The notes beneath the pieces were generated by a model, which had not been told where the DNA came from, did not search any database, and saw only the letters and a program-made list of their open reading frames with translations. Shown here in pieces: positions 26,414-35,749 of a stretch of DNA of 64,000 nucleotides (positions are counted from its first letter, which is position 1; each line of letters starts with the position of its first letter). A program made the position numbers and the translations under genes. The stretch comes from a virus. The DNA lies in IMG/VR virus record IMGVR_UViG_3300015242_000020, positions 32,001 through 96,000 of that record; one strand, given 5' to 3'.

Positions 26414-26785
26414 TCAGCCCCGGGTCGGAGTGAGCGCGAGCCGCTCGTGCGCCTGGTAGCCGTCCACCACCGCCGAGTCCTCCGGCGGAGGGGCACCCGG
26501 ACCGGTCCAGACGAACCGTAGGACGCCGTCAGCGATCGGGTAGGCCAAGGACCAGCCGGCGCCCTCCATGTCCCGCAGCCGGCGCCTGAGGGCCTTGAGC
26601 ACCTCGGTCAGGATGTCCAGCTCGGCGATACCCTCGAACATCTCGGCGAAGTTGTCGGACGGGGTATAGGCGTTGCCGGCCTCACCATAGTGCCGGGGAT
26701 CGTCACGAGGATCGCAATCATCATGGCCGGTAGAGCACCGCACCGGAGGGCTCTCCAGCTCGAAGCCGGGGTTGCTCAGCGCCAT
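26414..26785 (-). CDS. Hypothetical protein
   Basis: Start revised to MALSNP (RBS GAGAGG). Confidence 0.55.
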   Translation of the reverse strand: MALSNPGFELESPPVRCSTGHDDCDPRDDPRHYGEAGNAYTPSDNFAEMFEGIAELDILTEVLKALRRRLRDMEGAGWSLAYPIADGVLRFVWTGPGAPPPEDSAVVDGYQAHERLALTPTRG

Positions 26786-26882
26786 GGTGGACCTCTCATC
26801 AGGGGATAGATCTATCCCGCCCAGCATGCCACGGCTCCGAAGACCGTGGGAGTCTCCGGAGCCGTGGACGATCTTACGGAGG

Positions 26883-27206
26883 TCAGACAGAGGGTGCGCT
26901 CTCGGCGGTGATCGTGATCTCGGGGATCGTCACCGTGGTGGTTGTCGAGCCGGCTGAAGCCGAATCATTAAACGATGCCACGAGGGTATCCAGAGCAGCC
27001 TGGGCGTCGGTCTGACTGGTATATCCAAGAGCCAGAGCAAATCTTACGAAAGTGGAGGCTGAATAGAAGGTGGCGATGGGATAGTAATGTCCATCTGCCG
27101 AATTCTGATCCACAAAAAGAGATGTTGCCTTGGTGATATCGAAATAGGCAGAGAGTGCAGTGACAGTGGTGGTGGAATTGTAGCCATTGGAACTGGGGAC
27201 TAACAT
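26883..27206 (-). CDS. Hypothetical S/T-rich protein, lower GC
   Basis: Start MLVPSS with RBS AAAGGA, downstream of the capsid terminator. Confidence 0.6.
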   Translation of the reverse strand: MLVPSSNGYNSTTTVTALSAYFDITKATSLFVDQNSADGHYYPIATFYSASTFVRFALALGYTSQTDAQAALDTLVASFNDSASAGSTTTTVTIPEITITAESAPSV

Positions 27207-27231
27207 GTCATTTTCCTTTCTGAAGGGTAAG

Positions 27232-27263
27232 CAAAAGAGCCGCCCCGAAGGGTGGCTCTTTTG
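27232..27263 (-). terminator. Rho-independent terminator after major capsid gene
   Basis: AAAAGAGCCGCCC-CGAA-GGGTGGCTCTTTT. Confidence 0.85.
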
Positions 27264-27279
27264 TTGTGACGATATGAAA

Positions 27280-28428
27280 TTAGCCGCTGTGAGTAACAGC
27301 CCCAGAAGGAAGACCAGGTGCCACCACAGGCGCCGCCTCGGTTGAGGTGCTGGTGTAGTACTGGTTGATCGGCTGGGAGTACAACGGGTAGGCAGTCGGG
27401 TTGCCCAGAGGCACCGGCGAAAGGATCGTCTGGTTCGCAACCTTTGTAATGCTGGCGATACCGCGTGGGTTGAGAATCGCCATTGAGACGAACTCGTCCA
27501 TCACCCAGCCTCGGTAGAATTCCTCGACGTTGTTGTTCTCCTCGACGTCCAAGGAGTACAGCACCGGGAAGACACCCAGGAACTCCGGCTCCGGCAGCAG
27601 GTACACGGTGTTGCGAGGCACCATGACCGACCGCTGGATCTGGAACTCACCGAACGTGGTGATCTTCTGACCCGCGACCACTCGGTCCTTCATCGCCCAA
27701 CCGGTCTCGGCCTGCGGGAAGAGGTAGAAGTCCCGGTAGTCGGCCACGTTCATCAGCAGTCGGGCCGACTCGATCTCACGCAGGTCCGTCATCGTGACGG
27801 CGGTGTAGAGCGCCGCCGGGCTGATCGGGCCGTTGTCACCAATGACCACCGTCTGGGCACCCGGAGTGGGGTTGTCCGGCCGGGTGGCATAGGCGGTCAG
27901 GGCGGCCTGTAGCAGGATCATCAGCCGCGAGTCCTCTTGCTTGAGGATCGCCTGCTTCGACTCGTCCTGGGCGTGCTCGACCATATTGACCTTGAGCTGG
28001 TACAGGTCCTCTTTCCGGATCGCCGGACGGGAGGCGATACGGAAGAAGTCTACCCGAGTCCGCTTGCCCTCGAACGGGGTGACCCGGACCTCACCGTCGT
28101 GCCCAGAGAGCAGGTAAGCCTGTCCGAGGTCATCGATGATGTCGTAGACGGTCTCCGTACCGGGGGTGATCGGGTCTTCCAGCAGCACGTTGCGGACCAT
28201 GCCCTCGTACCGCAACTTCAGCTGGATCGGGCCAATCATGCCGACGCCAAGCCGGTGGAATCCGGCCACCCGGTCGGACATGATCTTTTCCATCCGCGCG
28301 GTCTTCTGCGCGGTGGTGGGCTTGGGCACGTTGCCCTGAGCGTCGGCGTGCTTCAGATACTCAGCAACGTAATCGTCGCTCTTCTTGGCGGTGCGGTACA
28401 TCCCACCGGCCAGGACTGGAGCCGTCAT
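27280..28428 (-). CDS. Major capsid protein (HK97 fold)
   Basis: PIQLKLRYEG.VRNVL, AQDESKQAILKQED, GWVMDE..SMAILNPRG; start revised to MTAPV. Confidence 0.88.
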   Translation of the reverse strand: MTAPVLAGGMYRTAKKSDDYVAEYLKHADAQGNVPKPTTAQKTARMEKIMSDRVAGFHRLGVGMIGPIQLKLRYEGMVRNVLLEDPITPGTETVYDIIDDLGQAYLLSGHDGEVRVTPFEGKRTRVDFFRIASRPAIRKEDLYQLKVNMVEHAQDESKQAILKQEDSRLMILLQAALTAYATRPDNPTPGAQTVVIGDNGPISPAALYTAVTMTDLREIESARLLMNVADYRDFYLFPQAETGWAMKDRVVAGQKITTFGEFQIQRSVMVPRNTVYLLPEPEFLGVFPVLYSLDVEENNNVEEFYRGWVMDEFVSMAILNPRGIASITKVANQTILSPVPLGNPTAYPLYSQPINQYYTSTSTEAAPVVAPGLPSGAVTHSG

Positions 28429-28462
28429 GCTTGTTCCTCTCTCAGTCTCTCGACGGGATGTG

Positions 28463-29029
28463 TTAGGCCGAAGCGCCGACGTCGCCGGTCTGCAGGCCAC
28501 CGATGCACAGCTGGCTGGCAGAGTCGACACGGATCAGTCGGGCGATGGCGCGGGTGGATCCGGTCGTGCCCTGCGGCACGAGCTTGCCTCGGTTGGCACC
28601 GGTGTTCGACGCCGAGATCAGCGCCACCGTGCCGTTGCCCGGGTCGGTCCAGGTCTTGGTGGTGTCGAATGCTGGTGCCTGCACGAGCGCCTCGCCATCA
28701 GGGTCGAGCACCCAGCAAGCCAGGGCGTTCACGTTGGCATCGAGCAGCTCGTCGATGCCGTCGCCGCCGATGTAGTTGCCGAAGAACCCGTACGGCACGC
28801 CGGTGGAGTTCACCAGCGTGACCAGGTCTCCGGTCGTCTTCATGGCGACCATGCCCGGCCAGATCGCGATCGAGCGGTCCCAGGCGGGGTCGAGAAACTT
28901 GTTCTGCGGGGTCGCCTGGGTCCATCCGTACTGGATTTTCCAGGGCCGAGACAAGTACGGCTTGGAAAGGGGTACACGTAGCACGCCATTCCCTCCTCTG
29001 TCAGATGTTCCTGTCGGGAGGAGTGGCAA
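28463..29029 (-). CDS. Capsid decoration/cement protein
   Basis: Lies between scaffold and MCP; IWPGMVAMK motif. Confidence 0.6.
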   Translation of the reverse strand: MPLLPTGTSDRGGNGVLRVPLSKPYLSRPWKIQYGWTQATPQNKFLDPAWDRSIAIWPGMVAMKTTGDLVTLVNSTGVPYGFFGNYIGGDGIDELLDANVNALACWVLDPDGEALVQAPAFDTTKTWTDPGNGTVALISASNTGANRGKLVPQGTTGSTRAIARLIRVDSASQLCIGGLQTGDVGASA

Positions 29030-29044
29030 TCCCGACTACTCCCT

Positions 29045-29083
29045 CTAGCCCTTGGGAAAGCCAAAACGCCTTAATCGACAGGG
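29045..29083 (-). promoter_or_regulatory. Late-promoter-like element
   Basis: CCCTGT-N22-CCAAGGGCTAG. Confidence 0.6.
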
Positions 29084-29107
29084 GGAGAGGTACTTCTATC
29101 TCGGCGT

Positions 29108-29155
29108 AAGAAAAGGCCCCCGGCTACTCCAGGGATGCGAGGAGTAGCCGGGGGC
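29108..29155 (-). terminator. Rho-independent terminator
   Basis: 15-bp GC stem followed by a T-run on the minus strand. Confidence 0.8.
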
Positions 29156-29179
29156 GGAACTGGGAGAGGGACAGAAATA

Positions 29180-32100
29180 CTAGATCAGGTCACCGAACTC
29201 TTCGGAGCTGACCGCACCGGTGGATGCCTGGGTGCGGATCCCACCGGCCAAGCTCGGCCGGGAGCGCTGACCCTCTGGCCGGTTCTGGGCCTGGGGAACC
29301 AAGTTGGTCGAGGCTGTGCGCTGAGTCTGGCGGGCCTGCGCCGCCGCGATCACCGTCTGCAGCTCCTGGCTGATCGCCTGGATAACCGGCAGCGGAGAGT
29401 CAGAGTCGGCGATCTTCTGGGCCGCCACCAGCTCATCCTCGGCCGAGATGCCGGCGGTGTTGCGGAGCTTGGCCAGATGCATCGCCGCGAACAGCCGGGT
29501 CTGCGGCTCCCCCTTAGAGGCCCAGGAGATGTTATCCGGGCCGCCAGTGTTGAAGCTGGAGGAGTTGTCCGCCGGCACCCCGACCACCACGTCGATGGGA
29601 GCCTTGGCGCCGTCTGGGCTGGGCACGTCATCCACACCCGGCTCGGCGGCCTGCACGTTCTCCTTCTCCGCGTTGTCCTCGGTCAGGTTGGTCGAGGTGG
29701 GCGCGGAGTCCACCGAGGTGGTCGCATCCGGCGTCACGTTGGTGTTGGCGCTGGAGGGGACCGAGCCGATGTTGGACGGATCATCCTTGGCGGCCGGCGC
29801 GCGCTCGGAGGCGTTGTCCTCAGAGGTCTTCTTCAGCGCCAGGTAGGCCTGCCGGCGGCGATCCCGCAGCGAGGAGGACTTGGAGGAGTCCGAGTCGCTG
29901 CCGCTGTCGGAGTCATCGTCGGAATCGTCATCGTCATGTTCGTCGCTGTCGGAGGAGTCCGAGTCGTCGTCGCTGTCGTCGTCAGAGTCGTCGTCCTTCT
30001 TGCCCGACTCATCGGACTTGGCGTCGGAACTGTCGTCGTCCTTCTTCTTGAACTGCGGCGGCATCTCCCCGGCGCTCTTCAGATAGGCCAGCAGCTGGTT
30101 CTGGCCGGCGACGATCTCTTCGATCTTCTCCCCCAGCGCGTCGATCCTCTTGTGGGCGTTCTGGGCTCGGGCAGCCGTGTTGTTGGTCATCCCAACTTCC
30201 TCTCGTGAAACCGTGGTACGGGGGTGACCGCTGCCCAGATAGAGCGGCGGTTGGGGACTTTCGTCATCCATCGGCTCGCCATCGTTGCGGTCCGCCTCTT
30301 GGGCCTTGCTGGTATCGGGGGTACCGAATGGCTCCGGCGGACCCTCCCAGCCACAGTTGGTGCACTGGTTGTTATTCCAGGAGTCCACATCGCCACAGAT
30401 GGGGCAGGCTTCCGGCAGCAGGGTGTTGACACTGGGCGGGGCGGTCTGGGCCGCCAGCGTGACGCTGAGGGCCGGGAGAACCCCCTGCTGTACGGCGATC
30501 CGGTTCTCCGGGGCATCTTCGCCGCGACCGAACTGCCGGTAATGCTGATTCGCCGCCGCCAGGGCCGAGTTCAGGTCGGGGTGCATTTCCTCCGACGTGT
30601 AGCTTCCGGCGCTCTCGCCGGGCTCGTCGTTGTTGTAGATCTGGTAGCGGTAGCCGTTGCTGCGCTGACCGGCATCGTCCTTTGTGAAGTACTGATGGAC
30701 TCGGCCCACCGGCCTACCGATCTGTGGGTCGTGCAGGACCATCATGCTCGGCTCGAACATGGAGGGCTGAGCGACCAGGTCAGCGGTCTTCCTCATGGAG
30801 GCGACCTTTCTGGAGGCGGCGTGGTATCCGGGACCGACCAGGTCCGGGTAGTGCTCCCCGGCGTAGGAGTTCCAGTCCTCGCCGGCCCGCACCCGGCCCC
30901 GTTCCCGGCCCAGACCCAGCGGCTTACCGGCGGCATGATCGGCCTCGGCGTTCTCCCGCTGCCGGACCAGCCAGGTGGTGGCCTGCACCTGGTGGGGATA
31001 CACCGGATGTCCGAGCTTGGCGGTGAGCTGGTCGGCGGCGTCCTTGTACTGCCGGACGAAGTGCCCGTAGTAGTGCCGGTTGGAGACCGGGGCACCTTCC
31101 AGGTCGTCATCAGTGAGCCGGCGCCCGGCCGCGACCGACATGGCGTGTCGGTCGACCACCACGTGCGGCTGAGTGGGGTCGGCATCCCCACCGTGCTCGA
31201 TCAGGTGCGCGAAGTCGGAGATCTTCGGGCTCTTCAGTACGTTCTCGTGCCGCTCCCCGTTGATGATCCGCTGCGCCTGATTGGCCATGGAGGCGGTCGC
31301 GAACACGCCGGAGCCCTTGCCACCGATCGCCTTCCCGGAGGACAGCGCGTGCGCGGCGTTGAGCATGTTCACCGGCCACAGCGTCTGCGGGGAGTAGGCC
31401 GCGAGCACTCCGGCGCCCTTGTGGGTGTTTCCGTTGCCCAGCGCCTTGGCCACGATCTGGGCGTCGGGGTACCAGCGGGAGCCCTGCTCGATGTCCTCGG
31501 GGGTGGCCCGGTTCCAGTGGTCCATGATGTTCTGCGAGCTGACCGGGTGAGTCTGAAACCACGGGTGCTGATCCGGTGCCCACTTCGGCCCGGCCGCTGC
31601 CGTACGGAGATCCTCCACCACGTCGGGCTCGACGCACATCGGCCGAAAGACGAACGCTAGTCTCGCAGCCAATGCCGGACGCACCAGATCCGGAACACCA
31701 CGGGTGTCGATGTCGAACATGTGCGCCGTTGGGTCTGCGGGATCCTCGACCAGAACTGAGTTTTCGAAGAAGTGCAGCCCGTGGCAGTCCTCGTAGACCA
31801 GCACGGCCTGCTTCTTGCCGTTGACGGTCTTCAGGACGCGCTGGCCCTTCATCCGGGCGATGTGGTTGCAGTACTGGGCGGGGGTCTCAGCCTTGTTGCC
31901 GCAGACCGAGCACAGCGTGTATGCCACGGCGGTGCCCATCGAGGTGCGGTCGACTTCGCCGGTGACGATGGCTTCGGCCAGCTTGGGAAACTTCACCGCG
32001 TCGATCGCCATCAACAGCTCGGTCCAGGTATCCGGGGTGTTGTTGGGGTTGGTGTCCTCGTGCAGGGCAGCGTCGACGATCACCCCACGCGCCCGGGAGA

Positions 32101-32350
32101 TGTCTTCGTTGTGGTGGTTGACAAAGACCGGCTTGCCGATGAAGGTGCGCCAGGCGGCCTTGATCTCCTCTGGCCGGAATCCGTCGTAGTTCTCGTTGAC
32201 TCGGCTGGAGATGGCCCGGCAGCGAACGTAGATGTGACCGGGCATCGGGTCGTAGACGAACTGGGTGCGCTGGGCGGTCTTGAGCGCGGCCTCCGGGGTG
32301 CGGGCGTCCTGAACGAGCCGCATCTGCGTCAGCGCGAACTTGACCAGCAC
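29180..32350 (-). CDS. Capsid maturation protease / scaffold polyprotein with inserted HhH-glycosylase-like domain
   Basis: RAISSRVNEN.DGF, FIGKPVFVNH, TSMG, FFENSVLVEDPAD protease-like motifs with a Zn ribbon; acidic C-terminal scaffold. Confidence 0.75.
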   Translation of the reverse strand: MLVKFALTQMRLVQDARTPEAALKTAQRTQFVYDPMPGHIYVRCRAISSRVNENYDGFRPEEIKAAWRTFIGKPVFVNHHNEDISRARGVIVDAALHEDTNPNNTPDTWTELLMAIDAVKFPKLAEAIVTGEVDRTSMGTAVAYTLCSVCGNKAETPAQYCNHIARMKGQRVLKTVNGKKQAVLVYEDCHGLHFFENSVLVEDPADPTAHMFDIDTRGVPDLVRPALAARLAFVFRPMCVEPDVVEDLRTAAAGPKWAPDQHPWFQTHPVSSQNIMDHWNRATPEDIEQGSRWYPDAQIVAKALGNGNTHKGAGVLAAYSPQTLWPVNMLNAAHALSSGKAIGGKGSGVFATASMANQAQRIINGERHENVLKSPKISDFAHLIEHGGDADPTQPHVVVDRHAMSVAAGRRLTDDDLEGAPVSNRHYYGHFVRQYKDAADQLTAKLGHPVYPHQVQATTWLVRQRENAEADHAAGKPLGLGRERGRVRAGEDWNSYAGEHYPDLVGPGYHAASRKVASMRKTADLVAQPSMFEPSMMVLHDPQIGRPVGRVHQYFTKDDAGQRSNGYRYQIYNNDEPGESAGSYTSEEMHPDLNSALAAANQHYRQFGRGEDAPENRIAVQQGVLPALSVTLAAQTAPPSVNTLLPEACPICGDVDSWNNNQCTNCGWEGPPEPFGTPDTSKAQEADRNDGEPMDDESPQPPLYLGSGHPRTTVSREEVGMTNNTAARAQNAHKRIDALGEKIEEIVAGQNQLLAYLKSAGEMPPQFKKKDDDSSDAKSDESGKKDDDSDDDSDDDSDSSDSDEHDDDDSDDDSDSGSDSDSSKSSSLRDRRRQAYLALKKTSEDNASERAPAAKDDPSNIGSVPSSANTNVTPDATTSVDSAPTSTNLTEDNAEKENVQAAEPGVDDVPSPDGAKAPIDVVVGVPADNSSSFNTGGPDNISWASKGEPQTRLFAAMHLAKLRNTAGISAEDELVAAQKIADSDSPLPVIQAISQELQTVIAAAQARQTQRTASTNLVPQAQNRPEGQRSRPSLAGGIRTQASTGAVSSEEFGDLI

Positions 32351-32379
32351 CCGGTACTCCCCAAAACGGCCGGCGTCTC

Positions 32380-32418
32380 CTACTCCTTCATCGAGGCGCC
32401 GGCCGTTTGGATACAGGG
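32380..32418 (-). promoter_or_regulatory. Late-promoter-like element
   Basis: CCCTGT-N22-TGAAGGAGTAG. Confidence 0.7.
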
Positions 32419-32419
32419 A

Positions 32420-32752
32420 TCAGGCCAGGTTGGGAGACACCTCAGCCCGGATGTACTGGTCCTCGATCTCGGTGGGAATCCGGCCGGTCCGGTGGATCTT
32501 GATCCCTCGGCCGACCGCCCAGGTACGGATCTGCAGCGGGTTGATGGTGCGCCGCATCTCCTCCCGGATCAGGTTCAGATCTTCAATCCGGCGGCCGGCC
32601 TCCAGGTACGGCTTGAAGATCTCTTTCAGTTCCTCGAAGTTGGTCGTGCTTAGGTCCAGGCTGACCACCCAGTCATTGACCCCGAGGACCACTCTGCACT
32701 CGCCAGGAAGGGTGGAGTCAAGATCGTCTACCACCTGAATGTGTTCAGCCAA
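32420..32752 (-). CDS. lsr2: Lsr2-like nucleoid-associated protein
   Basis: VVDDLD...LDLS..N...PY; IRTWA...G.KI...GRIP. Confidence 0.85.
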   Translation of the reverse strand: MAEHIQVVDDLDSTLPGECRVVLGVNDWVVSLDLSTTNFEELKEIFKPYLEAGRRIEDLNLIREEMRRTINPLQIRTWAVGRGIKIHRTGRIPTEIEDQYIRAEVSPNLA

Positions 32753-32983
32753 TTTCCGGCACCCCTCTAAGAATAATTACCGGTTAGCGGCTCAATGTAT
32801 CCGTCTGCGTGACAGTAGACAATCGGCTCATTGGGCCACTTCGAGCGACGGATGTGGCTCAAAGCGTCATCACGATCAGTGGGGTCATATCCCGCTGGGC
32901 GCTCATTCCTCAGTAACTGAAGGCCTGAGTCGTCCTCCCGGATCTGCCAGCCGGCGGTGTTCGCCCCGCCCTGGCGACGATGC

Positions 32984-33421
32984 CTAGCCACCGCAGGAGA
33001 CCTGCAGGTTCGGGTTGTTCGGTTCGGCATCGGCCTGTGCTGGACTCCAGTCGGCGACCTGGGACCAGGTCGCACCCTGCGGGGTGAAGACCTGGGTCTG
33101 GATGTTGTTGCCCTGCCCGTCAGGGACCTCATAGGTCCAGACGTCGTGGGCGGCCAGCACAGTGTGCCCGACGTAGGTGGCGTAGGGATCATCGGGGATC
33201 TGACACCAGCCGGCGACCGACCCACGCAGGTTGGTGCCGATCACGTCGATGCGGTTGGCGGGGAGGGAATCATCACCGGTCGAGCCGTGGTGAGCCAGGG
33301 CGAGCGGGAGCGCGATGGCGAGAGTAACCATGCCTGCTCCAACGAGGCTAAGCACGCCGAGGACACGGCTCCGGCCAAATCGACGTAAAAGGTAGACCCA
33401 GAGCTGCGCGGTCGTGGACAT
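32984..33421 (-). CDS. Membrane-anchored/secreted hypothetical protein
   Basis: N-terminal TM segment. Confidence 0.55.
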   Translation of the reverse strand: MSTTAQLWVYLLRRFGRSRVLGVLSLVGAGMVTLAIALPLALAHHGSTGDDSLPANRIDVIGTNLRGSVAGWCQIPDDPYATYVGHTVLAAHDVWTYEVPDGQGNNIQTQVFTPQGATWSQVADWSPAQADAEPNNPNLQVSCGG

Positions 33422-33570
33422 AGTTGTATCTCGCTTTCGGCGTTCAGGAGAGGGACGATCGAGTCTTGAGGTTATGACGCGGAGTCAGTGCGTCATTCCC
33501 AGCACGATGAAGATGGCCCACATGGCGACCCAGACGAGGAACGCTCCGGCGGCCAGACCGATCAGAAACT

Positions 33571-34131
33571 TCATGCTGCACTGACCTTGGGCTGCTTGAC
33601 GCCATACACGACCTCGTAGCAGTCAGGGCCAAAGCCGGTCGCCAGCGAGCTGGGATCGGAGAGGAACCTGCCGCAGCGCGAGCAGTGCTCAGTGGCCTCA
33701 CCATAGAGACGACCGGCCTCGGCTGGGTCCTCCGCGATCCGGACCAGGACCTGGTACTGGTCTGCGGTGGGCACGTCCAGCCGGACGCCACCGTGGGAAG
33801 TGATCGCGTTGACGAAGACCTTACCGGGCAGCCGGCCGCGCTTCACCTGAAAGAGGAGCGGGTGATTGCCGTCAGGGTCGTGAGGATTGGGCAGGGCATA
33901 GCGCGCCGGCTTGTCGGCCGGGAGCTTGAGGATGTCAGCGAGCTGGCCCCAGGTCAGGGAAGGGCGAACATTGACCCGAGGGGCTGGTAGGGCATCGGGC
34001 ACCTCCACGGTGGTGGAGTGCTGCCGGGTGGTCCGGGGGAGTACCCGGAAATCGTGCCGGGACGCGCAGGCCTTGACCTGCAGGGCGCGCTCGTGGCTGT
34101 CACCGCAGTAGTGGCAGTGGATCTCGGGCAT
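33571..34131 (-). CDS. Zinc-binding hypothetical protein (DUF6011-like C-terminus)
   Basis: CSRCGRFLSDPSSLATGFGPDC; start revised to MPEIHC. Confidence 0.7.
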   Translation of the reverse strand: MPEIHCHYCGDSHERALQVKACASRHDFRVLPRTTRQHSTTVEVPDALPAPRVNVRPSLTWGQLADILKLPADKPARYALPNPHDPDGNHPLLFQVKRGRLPGKVFVNAITSHGGVRLDVPTADQYQVLVRIAEDPAEAGRLYGEATEHCSRCGRFLSDPSSLATGFGPDCYEVVYGVKQPKVSAA

Positions 34132-34165
34132 GGGACGGACCTCCATCAAGGGACTGATGAAGTCG

Positions 34166-34194
34166 AGACTATCTAGGAATCCTTAGATTGTCAA
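34166..34194 (-). promoter_or_regulatory. SigA-like promoter with operator box
   Basis: TTGACA-N17-TAGTCT; CTAAGGATTCCTAG in spacer. Confidence 0.8.
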
Positions 34195-34607
34195 TCGTCG
34201 TCGCGGCGCCGGCCACGGACTGCCGATCGGCTCTTGGCCTGCTCCACCCGAGCCTTGATGTAGCGCCGCCGCTGCACCTGCAGAATCAGATACAACGCCA
34301 CCACGGAGCCGGCGTAGATGGCCACGTTTGGGTAGGTCCAGGCGGCGATCCCGACCTTGCCCACCCCTCGAAAGATGATCTTCCAGGAGATCTCGGTGGC
34401 CATCGCATCGAACACACCGGTGATCACCATGACGTGCCACCACAGCACCCGGTAGGCGCCGAGGTCACGCCTGATCCGGGAGTAGATCCGGCGGATCCGG
34501 AGTGCATACCAGCAGACCCAAAAGCTCTGGGCCAGCAGCACGCCCCACAGCGCGATCGTGATGGCACGCAGGCCGTCGGCCAGCCAGAGGTGAGGAAGGG
34601 CATTCAT
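34191..34607 (-). CDS. Membrane protein (3 TM, possible holin-like)
   Basis: Hydrophobic segments, basic C-tail. Confidence 0.5.
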   Translation of the reverse strand: MNALPHLWLADGLRAITIALWGVLLAQSFWVCWYALRIRRIYSRIRRDLGAYRVLWWHVMVITGVFDAMATEISWKIIFRGVGKVGIAAWTYPNVAIYAGSVVALYLILQVQRRRYIKARVEQAKSRSAVRGRRRDDD

Positions 34608-35122
34608 CGCGCTCGCCTCTTCGGGGGATGGTCACCGTTGTCACCGTTCTCGTCGGGATCACGACGGGGCAGCCGGCGCACCGGAGGGTCGTCGTCCTCA
34701 TCACGATCCCGGCTGCGCCGCTTGCGTTCGCGGGACTCGATCTCCTTCAGCTCGGCGAGCAGGTCCTCCTTGCGCCCGGTATCGGAGACGAGATCGTCCT
34801 TTTCGTCGGTCTCATCGAAGCGGATCTGGCGTCGGATCGTGTCGGAGATCTCCTTCTCATCGGCGGCCCGGTCGTTGTTGGCCTGCAGGAATGCCGGCAG
34901 CCCCAGCATCGCGGCGTAGAGCAGCAGCAGAGTGGGCCGGTCGATCGTGGTGAAGATGGTCTCGTAGGCCAGGCCGGCCAGGCCGGCGATAAAGAGCACG
35001 ATGTCGCGGATCAGCGGAAAGGACCAGGCCTTGTATCGCTTTCTCGGCCGCCGCCTCACCATCATTGACTCGCCCGCCTCATCCATCAGGTGCAGCTGAC
35101 GCGCCCACATCGAGGAGGGCAA
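34604..35122 (-). CDS. Membrane protein (2 TM, charged tail; start uncertain)
   Basis: Hydrophobic segments; late-type element upstream. Confidence 0.5.
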   Translation of the reverse strand: MPSSMWARQLHLMDEAGESMMVRRRPRKRYKAWSFPLIRDIVLFIAGLAGLAYETIFTTIDRPTLLLLYAAMLGLPAFLQANNDRAADEKEISDTIRRQIRFDETDEKDDLVSDTGRKEDLLAELKEIESRERKRRSRDRDEDDDPPVRRLPRRDPDENGDNGDHPPKRRAR

Positions 35123-35134
35123 ATCGAAGCTTCC

Positions 35135-35173
35135 CTACCTCTTAGCATTCCCAACGATCTCGGCTACGCAGGG
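35135..35173 (-). promoter_or_regulatory. Late-promoter-like element
   Basis: CCCTGC-N22-CTAAGAGGTAG. Confidence 0.6.
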
Positions 35174-35195
35174 CAGGAATGTCGCCACCCTGCGG

Positions 35196-35684
35196 TCACA
35201 GCCCGAAGCCCCACTCCGCATCGTCGTCCTCCGGCATCTGCTCGTAGTGGGTGCCGGTCAGATCCATCAGGTGAGTGGCCCGGGTGCCACCGTCGCCCTC
35301 GTTGATCAGGGCGTCCTTCTCGGCGGGGGTGAAGTTGCGCAGCGCCTGGCGCACGTGGGCGTACTGGCGCTCAGCCCGGGTGGCGTAGGCCATGTTGCCG
35401 AGCGGCTGGCCGTAGCTCGGCTCGTCCTCCTCCTCATCCCCGTAGGCGATCGGCAGCGCCGGGGAGGGCAGGTCACCCAGCTCCTCAGGGACCACCACGG
35501 CCTGGTGACTGGCGCGCATCCCGGTCAGACCGATCATCGGGTCATAGGTGGGATAGACGATGCGGTTGCCGTCCACGGGGTCTCCATTGCCGTCGAGGAT
35601 CTCTTCACCGGCCGGATGGTGGGCGGAGGAGTCGATGCTGAAGCGTTGCACGACACCATCGAGCTTGCCCTCAAACTGGGTCAT
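35196..35684 (-). CDS. Acidic hypothetical late protein
   Basis: FTPAEKDALINEG...RA...DLTGTHY motif. Confidence 0.55.
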   Translation of the reverse strand: MTQFEGKLDGVVQRFSIDSSAHHPAGEEILDGNGDPVDGNRIVYPTYDPMIGLTGMRASHQAVVVPEELGDLPSPALPIAYGDEEEDEPSYGQPLGNMAYATRAERQYAHVRQALRNFTPAEKDALINEGDGGTRATHLMDLTGTHYEQMPEDDDAEWGFGL

Positions 35685-35711
35685 AGTTCTATCTCCCGCC
35701 AGCGGCCTCTT

Positions 35712-35749
35712 CTACTCTTTCGCCGGGACTCGGGACGTGCCCAACAGGT
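35712..35749 (-). promoter_or_regulatory. Late-promoter-like element
   Basis: ACCTGT-N21-CGAAAGAGTAG. Confidence 0.55.

Noticed and set aside
20984-26521. Short ORFs overlapping the tRNA array
   Set aside because: Explained by tRNA/ncRNA sequence; only RtcB and the HNH are credible.
29880-30050. TCGTCG microsatellite-like tract
   Set aside because: It encodes the Asp/Ser linker of the scaffold region.
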